A stretch of DNA of 64,000 nt from Tubiluchus corallicola. Its lineage: Eukaryota > Animalia > Priapulida. Location of the stretch: the NCBI GenBank assembly GCA_030141605.1, contig JAQGDQ010000819.1, positions 27,969 through 91,968 on the forward strand. Reading direction: 5' to 3'. The notes below the pieces were generated by a model. The model saw nothing but the letters and a program-made list of their open reading frames with translations. It ran no database searches and was not told the origin of the DNA. The position numbers were made by a program, and so were the translations under genes. Position 1 is the stretch's first letter, and each line of letters begins with the position of its first letter. Shown here piece by piece: positions 40,188-51,200 of this stretch.

Positions 40188-41886
40188 GCAGTATGTTCGC
40201 ATAAAGCAAAAAAAAATTACCTTGGCACGAGGCCCCCTGGAGGGTGAGGCCCCGGGGAAGTATCCCCACTCCCCCCCCCCCCAAGAAATAGGCCCTGGCT
40301 GCTTAATAGTCTCATCTATTAGCTGATGGTGAGCTTGCAGAATCTAAAGGCTTTGACAGGATTTTAGAAGCAAATTAATGACTGAATTATTATAGGCAGT
40401 TATATACAAAATTATTAAGGTGAATTAAGGAGTGCCATCACCACAGGGGCTAAGACAGCAGAAGCGAAAAGAATTGAGGAGGCAGAGGAGAAGCGCAGGA
40501 GACGCAAGGCATGTGACACTGTCCAACAACAGGTCCAAACACCCAGTCTCACCTGTGCCAACCAAAGAAGTTTCCAGACCAGAATCAGGAATGACAACCC
40601 CCCAAACTGACCTTTTATCCCTGTCACTATGGTCATCTTCGATTCGAAGGACGAACATCAAGGTGAATTAATAAAAAATTCTGTCAAATAGATTTTGCTT
40701 GCATGCTAGTCGCAAAAAATACTGGCAGATTGCAGCCGTGGCATTTGCAGGAGGCTAAATGCAAATTCGTGGGCAAAAAGGTTTAATGCAGGAGGACAGG
40801 CAGACAGCTGATTCATAGCAAAACTGCTGTACTATTGTATTAGTGCATAATAAATGTAATTACCTACTTACAAAATGGCTGATTGTTTCTATGCATCAGT
40901 CTCTTGATTTAAATGCAGAAAATAAAAGTCAATTATGCATACTTGTTTGAGCTAATTGACAACATTATTTATCTACAACTCAAAATACAAATGACATTTA
41001 CCAGACATTTTTGAGTCAATTAAGCAACTAATTCTATTAACTATGAGTTTAATAAACGGTGCCCACAGCAGTTGGAATATTCTTATTTATATGCATTATT
41101 TATTATTTATGTTTATTCACGTATAACATACCTCTTATTGAGATAATAAAACTACATTATACAGAAATACGTACTGCAAAACACAATTTTACTGTAGCAT
41201 AGTAAGTAATTTTGCATACTAGAATGACATAAATGCTGACTGAAAAGGTTAGGTATCACTTGTTCAACAAATGCAGAAATTCTTGAATGTTTTAATAAAA
41301 TGCGCAAGCTTTGTATAGAGTCGCCCAGTTCTGTGTGTAAGTATTGTGGAGATCGCTGGCATCTATTAGAATTACATAGAACATTGTAGAATGTTCTGAT
41401 GGAATGATCGTCTTACCGTGTGGAATGTTCTGGAACATTACTTCTGAAAGCTTCTTGGGTGCGCTATATAAGGCGAACCAGACACGGGAGCACGCAGATT
41501 TCGCACGGACGTATACTTACACATTCTCTTGTATACTTACATTTTCAGATATACTTAAACGTTTTCCAGATTTTCACGTTTACTATAAACATTTCGCGTT
41601 CCTTCATACTTTTGTGTTGTAGAATTCTCGCTTAATAAACTAGTTTAATTTGTACATAACACAACAGTAAGTATTTAAGCAAAGTTCCTCGCCACATTGT
41701 CGACGTAAAACACGAGAAGTTTGGCTTTCCTACGAATGCTCTCTTAACTCATTTATCACTTACCATTTGTCTCTTGTTATGGAATTCATCAACATCGTCA
41801 TACAGAAATTCCCGACTAGAAGGATCTGGTTGATTCTCATCATCTTGGTCATGATCCTCTCTTTTTCCTTTCGCTTCCTGTCGCAT
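27660..41886 (-). CDS. UTP3: UTP3/SAS10 small-subunit processome component, at least 10 coding exons, ~490 aa; start codon uncertain
   Basis: Exons on minus: 41896-41764 (ATG at 41886), 39918-39571, 37501-37355, 36414-36302, 35901-35805, 34824-34701, 32548-32340, 31056-30949, 30396-30289, 27752-27660. Motifs: DDVDEFH, AWGKKKSAYYDAD, KESPEFL, FYLMLKA..HPVIKRL (Sas10/Utp3/C1D domain), RAINYEIAKNKGLMPKRKKEQRNPRVKHK..GQVR..YGGEHSGIRAG (Sas10 C-terminal domain). A phase-compatible upstream micro-exon may lie at 42186-42173 (MAFDF). Confidence 0.92.
27869..28343 (+). mobile_element. Tc1/pogo-like MITE family B, short copy
   Basis: TA|CAG..CGCCGCTTAATAG...CTATTAAGCGG..CTG|TA; internal deletion relative to 48468-49191. 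Confidence 0.75.
28568..29498. repeat. 62-bp minisatellite, ~15 copies
   Basis: Unit AAGCTTCAAAGTTTTCTGCCTTCAGATTAGTTATGAGTCAAAAGAAACAGACAAGCGACTTG. Confidence 0.95.
29689..30152 (+). mobile_element. Tc1/pogo-like MITE family D, copy 2
   Basis: TA|CAGCCAACCTCGG...CCGAGGTTGACGG|TA. Confidence 0.8.
30610..30858. repeat. 29-bp minisatellite, ~8.5 copies
   Basis: Unit TGGACAATCAACTAGTGGACATCGCAATG. Confidence 0.95.
31100..31907. repeat. 27-bp minisatellite, ~30 copies
   Basis: Unit ACATTGACAACGTTGTCCAAACTCATC; contains the palindrome GACAACGTTGTC. Confidence 0.95.
32705..34657. repeat. 33-bp minisatellite, ~59 copies
   Basis: Unit AAGAATTTATACTTACTGTAGTGATTTAAAATC. Confidence 0.95.
35956..36274 (+). 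mobile_element. Related Kolobok-like MITE with a different interior
   Basis: TTAA|AGGAAAA...GATTTTCCT|TTAA; right ~90 bp shared with the family above. Confidence 0.6.
36475..36961 (-). mobile_element. hAT-like MITE family A, copy 3 (inverted)
   Basis: CAGGGATGAGAAT...ATTCTCATCCATG; flanks GTTCAAGT and ATTCATGT (degenerate 8-bp TSD). Confidence 0.8.
37100..37352. repeat. (CACAA)n-like degenerate microsatellite
   Basis: ACACA/ACAAC units abutting a UTP3 splice donor. Confidence 0.85.
37692..37972 (+). mobile_element. tRNA-derived SINE with (ATT)n tail
   Basis: A box TAGTCTAGTGG, B box GTTCGAACC, central GGTCATACCAAAGACTTTAAAAATGGTACC, AATAAA then (ATT)n; TSD TACTATCA (37684-37691 and 37973-37980). 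Confidence 0.85.
38211..38760 (+). mobile_element. Kolobok-like MITE family, copy 3
   Basis: AAAACCGGATGA...TCATCCGGTTTT termini; same body as the other copies. Confidence 0.75.
39022..39441. mobile_element. piggyBac-like MITE, copy 2 (internally rearranged)
   Basis: About 280 bp nearly identical to the left part of 1577-2034; right end GGGACTGAAAGG. Confidence 0.8.
40109..40184. repeat. (AG)n microsatellite
   Basis: Directly visible. Confidence 0.95.
40429..40659 (+). mobile_element. 5'-truncated RTE/BovB-like LINE 3' end
   Basis: Translates AEAKRIEEAEEKRRRRK..LTC..RSFQTRI and MVIFD, as in RTE C-termini; exact 12-bp TSD AAGGTGAATTAA (40417-40428 and 40660-40671). Confidence 0.75.
41342..41666 (+). 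mobile_element. Solo-LTR-like repeat, copy 2
   Basis: TATTGT...ACAACA termini, TATA box, AATAAA, 5-bp TSD GTAAG (41337-41341 and 41667-41671). Confidence 0.7.
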
Positions 41887-42518
41887 CTCCTTTGCACTGA
41901 AATAATTTATAAAGAGATGACAGTTAGTTGAGAACTTGCATAAAATCACAACAATTTTTTCATATCACTTTAAAGGAAAAGTCAACGAATTCCTAAGTGT
42001 GTAAATATATCTTACAACACCTAATTATTTGCACTCATAATATCAAGATTACATTTATTAATGATTGTATGAACCCACGGTTATTTTATTTTACAAACCA
42101 AACTTGTTCAAAAGGAAGCAAATGCGAAAAGTCATCCTAAACTTGAATTTAAACTACGGATCTTTCAATTACAAATCGAACGCCATACCACTTAGCCCCA
42201 GTAATTATGATGGGTCCTAATTACTAATCTGAATAAATTCACATGTTGGCAAATAGGTAAACTTTGCAAAAGATCTGCCCACATATACTATACATTATTA
42301 ATTGCTTGTAAATTGTTCTAGGTAAGTGAAGCATATAACTATGGCATGAAGCCTCTATGGTGTAAAAAAATCTTGATCTTGTAAATTTATTTTAATTGTT
42401 GTGCCCTAAGTGTAGGCTTGCATTCCTTAAATAGTTCCAGCTACTTATTCCTCAAAACAAAAACAAAGTAAATACAGTGACCAATTGCCTTGCAGAGCAA
42501 ACAGCTTACAACATGAAA

Positions 42519-42630
42519 TGTAGCTGACGGAATGTCCAAAACAAAACTTCTAATTCCGCATTGGCTTGCTAACAGTTAGCAAGCCAACGCGGAATTAGAA
42601 GTTTTGTTTTGGGACATTCCGTCAGGTACA
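42519..42630. repeat. Near-perfect ~110-bp palindrome centred at 42574
   Basis: Core arms 42524-42573 and 42575-42625 differ by one mismatch and one 1-nt indel; 1-nt spacer. Confidence 0.9.
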
Positions 42631-42949
42631 ACATTTATTGTATATTGGCCAGCTCTGGCATTTAAATCTTAAAAGCATCAACAAACTGCAAGTCACAAGC
42701 ATTTACCAAATGATCAAATCAGGCTAAATTAAGCAGAATCTAGACAGTGACACTTTACTGTCCTATTGCCTTCTGTATAAAGAAAGATGAATCACCTTAG
42801 TATATAAGTACACAGTCCAAATTTAAAGCAAGAAATTCATTCAAGGCCTAAAGGCCTAAAAGGTGGCAGCACATTACAGTATCATTATTCCCAACATGAA
42901 ATAACAGGTTCTTAGAAGGGCTTCCAAAATTAACGCATGACTAGGTAAG

Positions 42950-43060
42950 TCCACATTGGCTAGATGACGTTTGAATTGTTCCACTGTGCTGCTGTTGACC
43001 AGGTCAGCAGGTAGACTGTTTCATAAGTTTATCCTTCTTTGAGAAAAGAAGTGCTGATAT
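42950..43060 (-). mobile_element. CR1-group LINE 3' fragment
   Basis: FFSQRRINL*NSLPADLVNSSTVEQFKRHL matches the CR1-type FFSxRVxNxWNxLP motif. Confidence 0.7.
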
Positions 43061-45410
43061 TCGCTTCTGAAACCAAGACTCATACAACGTAAAGCATTAA
43101 TTAATAGCCTCTAGTTCTGCTGCAAAACTAGGTGAAACAGCTAGAATAAATCTTAGTAAATATCTAAGTTCTGCTTAAAGGCCCACAGTTGGTCAAAATA
43201 AAACAAAGCAGAAACTGTTGTTATTTTCATTTTACTCGTGATAACCATATTTTTGTTATATATGTTCGCAGAAAACCTCATATATTCGCAAAAAATATTC
43301 ACTGGAAAAAGCTAATCAAAATATTAATGTTAATTGTTAATCAAATCAAAAGTTGACTAGTGGCGCTATTACACTTTCGCACCGCCTAGTTTTTCCTGGC
43401 CTATTGGTTGTTTTCACGCCTGCAGGCCAGAAAGCAGACCAACAGGCGTAATATACACCATATTCCCATAATATTATTGATTTTTAGACCTTACAATTCC
43501 AGATTAAAATCATACGTTACTTACCGTCACCATGACGCAAAAAGGTCCACGTGAATAACTGTGTTTACACCACTAATGCACAATCGCTCTCGCGCAGTGA
43601 CGATGTGGCCCTTAACATGTATTTTTAGTTTCTTCACATAATTTATGATTATTAGGTTTGCAGCCACGGGACCCAAGCTGGCATATACGAAGAAATTATT
43701 TTAGACCACTACAGTTATTTATCATTAATTTTATTTATTACTGTAGTATTATCACTATTAGATTATAAAAAAGTAAAGGTTTTTTCTTAATTTCGTAAAT
43801 GCGGTCAAGATGAAAGTCGGTCAAGATGAAAGTGTGTCACATGCTTTTAAGCTAGGCCCTGATAATGCATAAACTAGTACGAAATTCGTCACGTGACTAC
43901 ACACACAAACAAGATGGCGATACGAACTGTATAGGTGTAGAACTGTGAATACAGCGTAATTATTGGTAATTATACCTAAATATATGATGAAATTACAATT
44001 AGATTAGCGGAAACATTCACTGATGACGTAAGAATAATAGAATAATGACGTACGAGCCTAGAAACGAGTAATAACCTACAAAAAACTAGGCGGTGCGAAA
44101 GTGTAATAGCGCCTTGACTAGCAGTCGGTGCTAATAAAATTTGAAAAATTAAATTCATCCCTGTTCTATCTGTCAAGAGTCGTGAACCCAGGCTAGAAGA
44201 GACTCCGAAATCTAATCCTCTTAGGTTGTTAATCAGCCAATCATGCGGCACAAAACAAAATGCTTTATTTCAAAGTAGATCATGTCTACGTCTGCTCCAC
44301 CATGAAAGATGGCTATGATAGCCTCAGAAATGTCATTAGTACCAAAATTTAAACCTCTTTGAGGAGAAATTGAGGGCTTCAAGATAGCAATACTTCAAAA
44401 AGCCAATAATTATTTTTTTATGAAGCAGTAATGACAAGGTAGAGAGACCCCCGTAATTTTCTTACTTTTTTCGCCGTTTCTTCATAGTGAAACTTAGCTT
44501 ATTTAACTATATTTATCAAACTAAAGTACAAATCACCAAAATTTTACGTAAAGACACTTTAAAGTTCAAAAAAATTATTAAAACGTAAAAATGAGCTGCA
44601 GTGCAACAATCCCGCAACTTTTTGCATGCCTACTCTACGCAGCAGAAGAAGCTATCTTTCTACGTAATAGTGTGCGTAAATTTTCTTCAGTGGGAATTTA
44701 TTGACAACTTTTATCGACGCAGTCAAAGACTTCAGCGTCTCTTTTGTGACTTACTTTCACTTATTCAGGGAGACGGGGCAAAAGCCTAAGAAGTTAAATT
44801 GGTGATATATCAAGTCATCGTTCTATTACTCACTTGGATGGGGAGCAGCTCAACGTTCAGTGTGTGGTTATATGACTCACCAACTCGATCCTCTTCACCT
44901 TTAGCAACATAAGCATTGGGCACGATTAACCTAGGTAGATTTGCAAGAAAAATAATTATTTTCTTCAGATGTCATCATTATGGTCATTCTGATTTCTGGA
45001 TAACAGTATCACCCATCCCTCTTACTTACTACTTTTTTCTGACTGCTATCTATTTTCTTTGGATTTCATGATCTGTTTAAAATTTAGGTTCCTTCTAACC
45101 GTAAATGACTAAAAAGAGTACATATTCACAAGTTGTAATAGCATTTTAGCTCAATACTATCCTTAATTATTATTTCTTCAGACTTATCACAACATAATTT
45201 ACGATAATCCGTCGACCAAGCAAACCTTCCCACTTCCAATTCTCACAATATTTAACTATTTTAATATTAAAATATGCATGACTTCACACTCACTAGTGTG
45301 CTTTTATTTTCCATATTTCTATCCAATTTTTAAAAATCGTCAGACATAAAATTATAATAGCCTTCTAAGTATATTGCTATCCATGAGTTCAAAGAAAGAT
45401 TGATGACGAT

Positions 45411-45803
45411 TAGGGGTGAGCATCGAACGTTCGAATTCGATTCGAACGACTTTTTTTAGTTCGAACTTGATTCGAACCCAAAACTATAGATTCAATAATT
45501 CAGCACTTCAATCATGTATGTTATTTATCACTAAAATGATTGAAACAACGTACAATTAGCATAATTTAGCTGTGATTTCTGTGCACAATTTTAAACAAAT
45601 TGCTAGTCGTTTTATTGCAGAACAAAATCTAGTGATATGCATGATCTTTGTTAGACCAATTTTTACTGGTGGTTCGAAAATCTTCCAATCTCAATTCGAA
45701 TTCAGTTCGAATTCGAAACACTGAAGTTTGGTTCGATTCGAATTGAAAGTTACAAATTCTGTTTGATTTAAATTCGCTTTCTGGTAGAGAATGCTCACCC
45801 CTA
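45411..45803. mobile_element. hAT MITE with TTCGAA subterminal repeats
   Basis: Perfect 13-bp TIR TAGGGGTGAGCAT; perfect 8-bp TSD ATGACGAT. Confidence 0.9.
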
Positions 45804-46461
45804 ATGACGATCGACTGTTTGTTGATTGCTTGCAGTTTTTACTTTTTCGAAAATATTGTGTTTGTCAGTTTAGCTTTCACTAATTATTCCATAAAATGTT
45901 TATTATATTAAACATTTAATTTTTCTAGTCACTATTCACTGAGTATATAGAATCCCGATTATATGATCAAAAGCACAAGAATGATTATCAAACAATTTTG
46001 GCGACAGGTGGCAGCACCAGCTGCATACACTGATTTACGGTTTTGCGGTACTCAAAGACTCGAAGTGAAGGTCGTTAATAATAATAATTTTTAAAATATT
46101 ATTTAGGGTTTAAATTGTTTATCGTTTATAGCTTCATTACCTAAAGATACTTTAGTACTAGCGTCGTCATATGCCCATCACGTCTAGTTAACTGGGCATG
46201 TAGATTTCTAAAATGGTCGTTCACAATCTACTTTTCTGTTTTGCTGTATTTTAATATGCGATTTTGTAGCACACATCTTCCAGTTCTGCACATTCTAATA
46301 AACACAATTGTAGTCATTTTCTAATGGACTTAATACATGTATTAGTGAACTAAAATTAATAGAAAAAAGCACCACATGCTCAGAATGCATACTAGTCTTT
46401 ATACTGGCTCTCTATATTCCTTAGTTATAACTAGTAAATGTAACATAAGGCTTGCGAAATT

Positions 46462-47006
46462 TTAAAGGAAAATTGGATGATTGTGTAAACATGAGTTCAG
46501 AATAGAGAATGCTGTAAAATGTTGAAAACTACAATAGCTTATTTTAAATCAAAGCTTAGATTAAATGATAATTACCTCGGATACTCAAATTTTGTTAAAC
46601 TTTCAAAGCTGCACGCGGCTCAGTGAATCTACTAAGATTGGCAACGTCGGCTTTTTGTCACATTCGCGTGGTTGACAAATAACGTAATAACCATGATCAT
46701 GAACTGCAGTGTTAGTTTCTGACGTCATATTATCTATAGCCCATTTTTCGTGACATCATGAGTTTAAGCAGAACTGTAACACCTATCCAAATGTGCTTGA
46801 CGTGCAAGGGAAGACGCCTGCAATTGCACAAACTGTGGTTAGTTTCTGATGTAAGCAATAGCTGTGTTTGGCTGCCGATAATTAACTTTCTAAGCTAATT
46901 ATTCAAATATAAGGAACAATTGCTAACTTTTATAGGCAAGAAAATCTAGATTTTGGACAGTGAATTAAAATGAGATTGAGTCTAAACAATTGTTCGGTCT
47001 TCCTTT
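46462..47006 (-). mobile_element. Kolobok-like MITE family, copy 4 (inverted)
   Basis: Reverse complement of the same body; starts TTAA|AGGAAAATTGGATGATTGT. Confidence 0.75.
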
Positions 47007-48224
47007 ATTATTTTACCATGGCACATTTACTATTTACTATGACTATGAAATTTAAAACAGGTACTTTGTACAAATTATCATATGTTACCTTACCTACATT
47101 ATTTCTATTTCTTTATTCTATTTTCATTTGTTAATTTTTATAAGATTGTTTTCTGCCAAGAGAGGCCACAAAAAATGTTTGAAATTCACAAGAAGGCCTT
47201 TCACGTCACAGCAAGCCACGGGACGGTTTTGTGTTTGTCTTCAAGCAGCAAGCTGATTTGGACAACTTCATATAGTACTTAGGATAAGCAATAGCAAAAC
47301 TGACTATATCAATTCCAATTCAGTTCAATTTTTTTATTAACTCCGCAAGAATTATCAAAATACAGTATTAGGAATACATGCAATATTATGTAACAAAGGA
47401 GAAGGGCAGCGAAGAACACGTAGGTTATCTAGTCAGCCATCCTTAAATAGCTAGGATTAAATAAAATTAATTTTGGCACCGTTCTCAATTTAAATTTGAA
47501 TTCTGTTGACGTGTGTAATTGGCAATTAAATGATGGGAAACGCAATACTGTAGAACATTATAATTTAAATAACCAAAAATTTACAATTCTAAAATATAAT
47601 GAACATGTGAAACAAACTAAATAAAAATAACTTAAAATTTTAACATAACAGAAAATGGATAATTTGAGCATTATCTTCAAAATCCGACAAAAACCAAAAA
47701 CTGTAGAATGATCAACCAAAGATGGCGAGAAAAAAATATAATAAATTAAACCAAGGAAAAATAAGGTAAATATAAATCATACAAAACAAAACAAGAAACA
47801 GAAGCAAATAAGAAAAAAACAAAACTGAAATGTTGTAATAATAACATCAATGACTGAAGCTATCAAGAAAGAGAATATAATAAATTAAACCATCGAAAAA
47901 CTAAATCAACTGTAAATAAGACAAAATGAAATTAAAATATAGCAAAAACTTATAGTGTTGTAACAATGAAAAAAATGTATAGGTATTCCAAGTACATAAG
48001 TAACTTCAATGATGAAGTTGTCATTCATATGTAGGCTAGACGAGGATTTGTGTTCATTTACTGCTTGCATTGTTAACTGTTATCTATGTAATCATGTCTT
48101 TTCAAGGTTGGTATTGTCTGAGTCTTGTCTGCAAGCAGTCACATCCCATGAGCTTAGACCACTGATTATTGCTTTAATTTTGCCTACTGAATTAGCGCAG
48201 CATCGTTTGGTTTAACATTTCAGG

Positions 48225-51200
48225 ATGCCAGAATCTACAGAAAGTAAAGAGGTGAGTAAATTCAATCTTGCCGATTTATTTCCTTGGAGGTTGTTTAGTT
48301 TAGCATAGGTGTTTTTTACCGGTTTCATTGATTGCCAGTTGCTTTAGAAGTAAATCTGCAGTAATAAAAAAGTTGGCAATAGCTATGTGTAAGTACCAGT
48401 TAGCTAGATACTACCTTGCACCTAATGTTAGTCATCATCGGATATGAAATACAGACGTTTTGAAATACAGTAGACGCCGCTTAATAGATTCGCTTTGGGA
48501 CCGACGTGTTTTGACTCTATCAAGCGATGCGTGTAGTATTACAGGTGTAGAAGTATGAGTCATCAGCTTACTATGCACTGCAAAGGCTGTTAATGAACTT
48601 TAGAAACCGAATAATGCCTAAATTCCTTTGTGCTGTTAAAAATTTGAAAAAATATTCTAAAATATTAATTTATATAAGTGAATTAGGAATAAATTAAAAA
48701 GTATACTTTTCTAAATCACACAAGTCTGTTTATTTGCAAAAATCACAAAAAATCCTTCAAGATTGGCTGCTTTCTGGCAAAGACAGCCAGACCTTCCAAA
48801 GCAAACTGCTAAGCAAGTCATTAAATGTTTAGCTTTCAGGTATTTTTGGGCAACACGGGTGGATCAAAGCAAAACTTTAGGTTATCATAACTAGTGTATG
48901 ATAAACGTTCCTGCTTATAAACAAAACGGTACTTAACATGATTGTTTCTATGTATATTATAGGACAAAAGCGAATTAAGATGATATAAAAGTCATAAAAG
49001 GTTATTAGTCACACAAAAGTGTCTTATTGAAGTATGTGAAGCAAAAATATTGAGTCAATTATGCGAAGTTATTTGAGTGAATTACCGACAGTTTTTATGT
49101 ACATTTAAATAGAACCGGCCCGTACCAGGCATTTTTAAGTCAATTAACGACTGATTCTATTAGCTGTGAGTCTATTAAGCGGCGCCCGCTGCACCAGTGT
49201 TGTTAACGTAGTTTTACATTAATTTATGCCCTCTATGTGAAATACAAAGTGAGAACTCAAGCGTATTCAAGCAAACAAGAATTGTGTTGTATGAACCAGG
49301 GGCCGCTTTCACAAAGCCATCACTAAGTTAACAACGTCGTTATTAATAGTTAACTGAATGTAATAACGACGTCGTTAACTCAGTGACGGCTTTGTGAAAC
49401 CGTCCCCATTGTTTCTTGTTTTCTGACCAGTGCATTGTTTTTGTTAAGAAGAGCATGTTCAGAATCACCATGCAGATGCTTGTAATGTTCTTAGGTGGTT
49501 GGAAAGGAACGACGCTTGCAGGACAAGAAGGCAAGATGGTATTTTGGTGGAATGGGCAGCGCTGGAGCAGCATGTTGTACTCATCCTCTGGACTTATTGA
49601 AGGTTTGTTCTGTTACTTGCCTCATTTCAGTACGAATGAGAAGCATGTAATAACTGCTATGTGAATTTTGGTTCATGAGAAGGATTAAAGAAGGCAGTTT
49701 GTAATTCCACAATAGGGCTCACGTTCTCCTAGTAGAACTTATCACTTAACTCAACTAAATGTCTAGTTTTAAGTGAGCTTGGAACACTATACTTACGTTA
49801 ATTGTCAGTCCAGCTTAATGTTATGACTCGTGCTTGGTTCTTGTATTATGATAAAGCCAGGGCTTAACGAGGTTCGCACTTTCGCGAGTGTGCGGAACTC
49901 CGACAGTCGCCATATTTGCTCCAAAATTCCTCAAATTGTTGCTTAATGTTCATCGTTGTTACAAATGAACTCTGGCTTCAGCAAAAATGTTTAAAACATT
50001 TAAATTTTGTTTATTACATTGTTTACTTCATTATTTACTTTATGATTGATTTCATTGTTTACTTCATTGTTTATTACATTATTTACTTTATGATTTATTT
50101 CATTGTTTACTTCATTGTTTATTACATTGTTTACTTCATTATTTACTTTATGATTTATTTCATTGTTTACTTGGTTATTTAGGTGCACATACAAACGCAA
50201 CAGGAAGGCAGGATTACCTTGATAGGAATGGGTGTTAAAGTTGTGAAGAATGAAGGTATACTTGGTCTGTACAATGGTCTGTCTGCATCACTTGTGAGGC
50301 AGGTAAGTCCTGTTGCCACTTGCTACATTTACTAATTGCATTCATGTGTATTTGAACATTTGTCAGCAGGGTCATAACTAAGATAAATTTTTAGTTCATA
50401 TTTAAGGTGAGGGAATAGCAGAGTGGTCATGTGTGTCAGCATCTTTACCGAAGTTAAGCAATGTTAAGGCAACTCACTGAATAGAGGGTGACAGTCAAGT
50501 TCAATACTTGTTCTTGTGATTTCATTCGCCTTACTGGTTCCGACCGTTCGCCTCGTTTAGGAAGGATGTTGCCGCATCCAAATGTGCTTAATATACCTCT
50601 CATCGAGTGGCGTAGCTAGGTGGATGCGGGGGTGACATCTAGAGCACCACACCGGGTGACATCTAGAGCACCACGCCGGGTGACACCAACCCTAGCGATG
50701 CCCCTGCTCTCATCACACGGGATAAGCCTTGACATAGACCTTGCGCCATTAAGTGTTGCATAATAGCTTACAGGCTGACTGTAGTCACAGAAATACTGTG
50801 AACAGAGGTTAATACCACTGAATGCTTTATTGTAACATAATCAGTACATGAATGTCTCACATATCCCATAAAGTGGTTTAACCTGACTGTTCAGAGCGCA
50901 GGTGAGTAAAACAGACAGGTGACTAGCAGGTAACAAACTGAAAAATTGACCAAAACCAAAAGCTTTACATTCCCGCCACAGATGGCGCCTCGTGCACGAA
51001 TTTGTAACACTGCTACACTGACAAATTGTATTTTAAGAAAACTATATGACATTGTGATAAATTAGTAAAACGAGGCGTAATGCCGTAAACTGGTAATCAC
51101 GTGTTGTCTTTGAAAGTTAGCAAATTTCATATGATTTCAGATGACGTACTCAACAACAAGATTCGGCGTGTACGAGGTAGTTAAGCAAGCAATTATGGCT

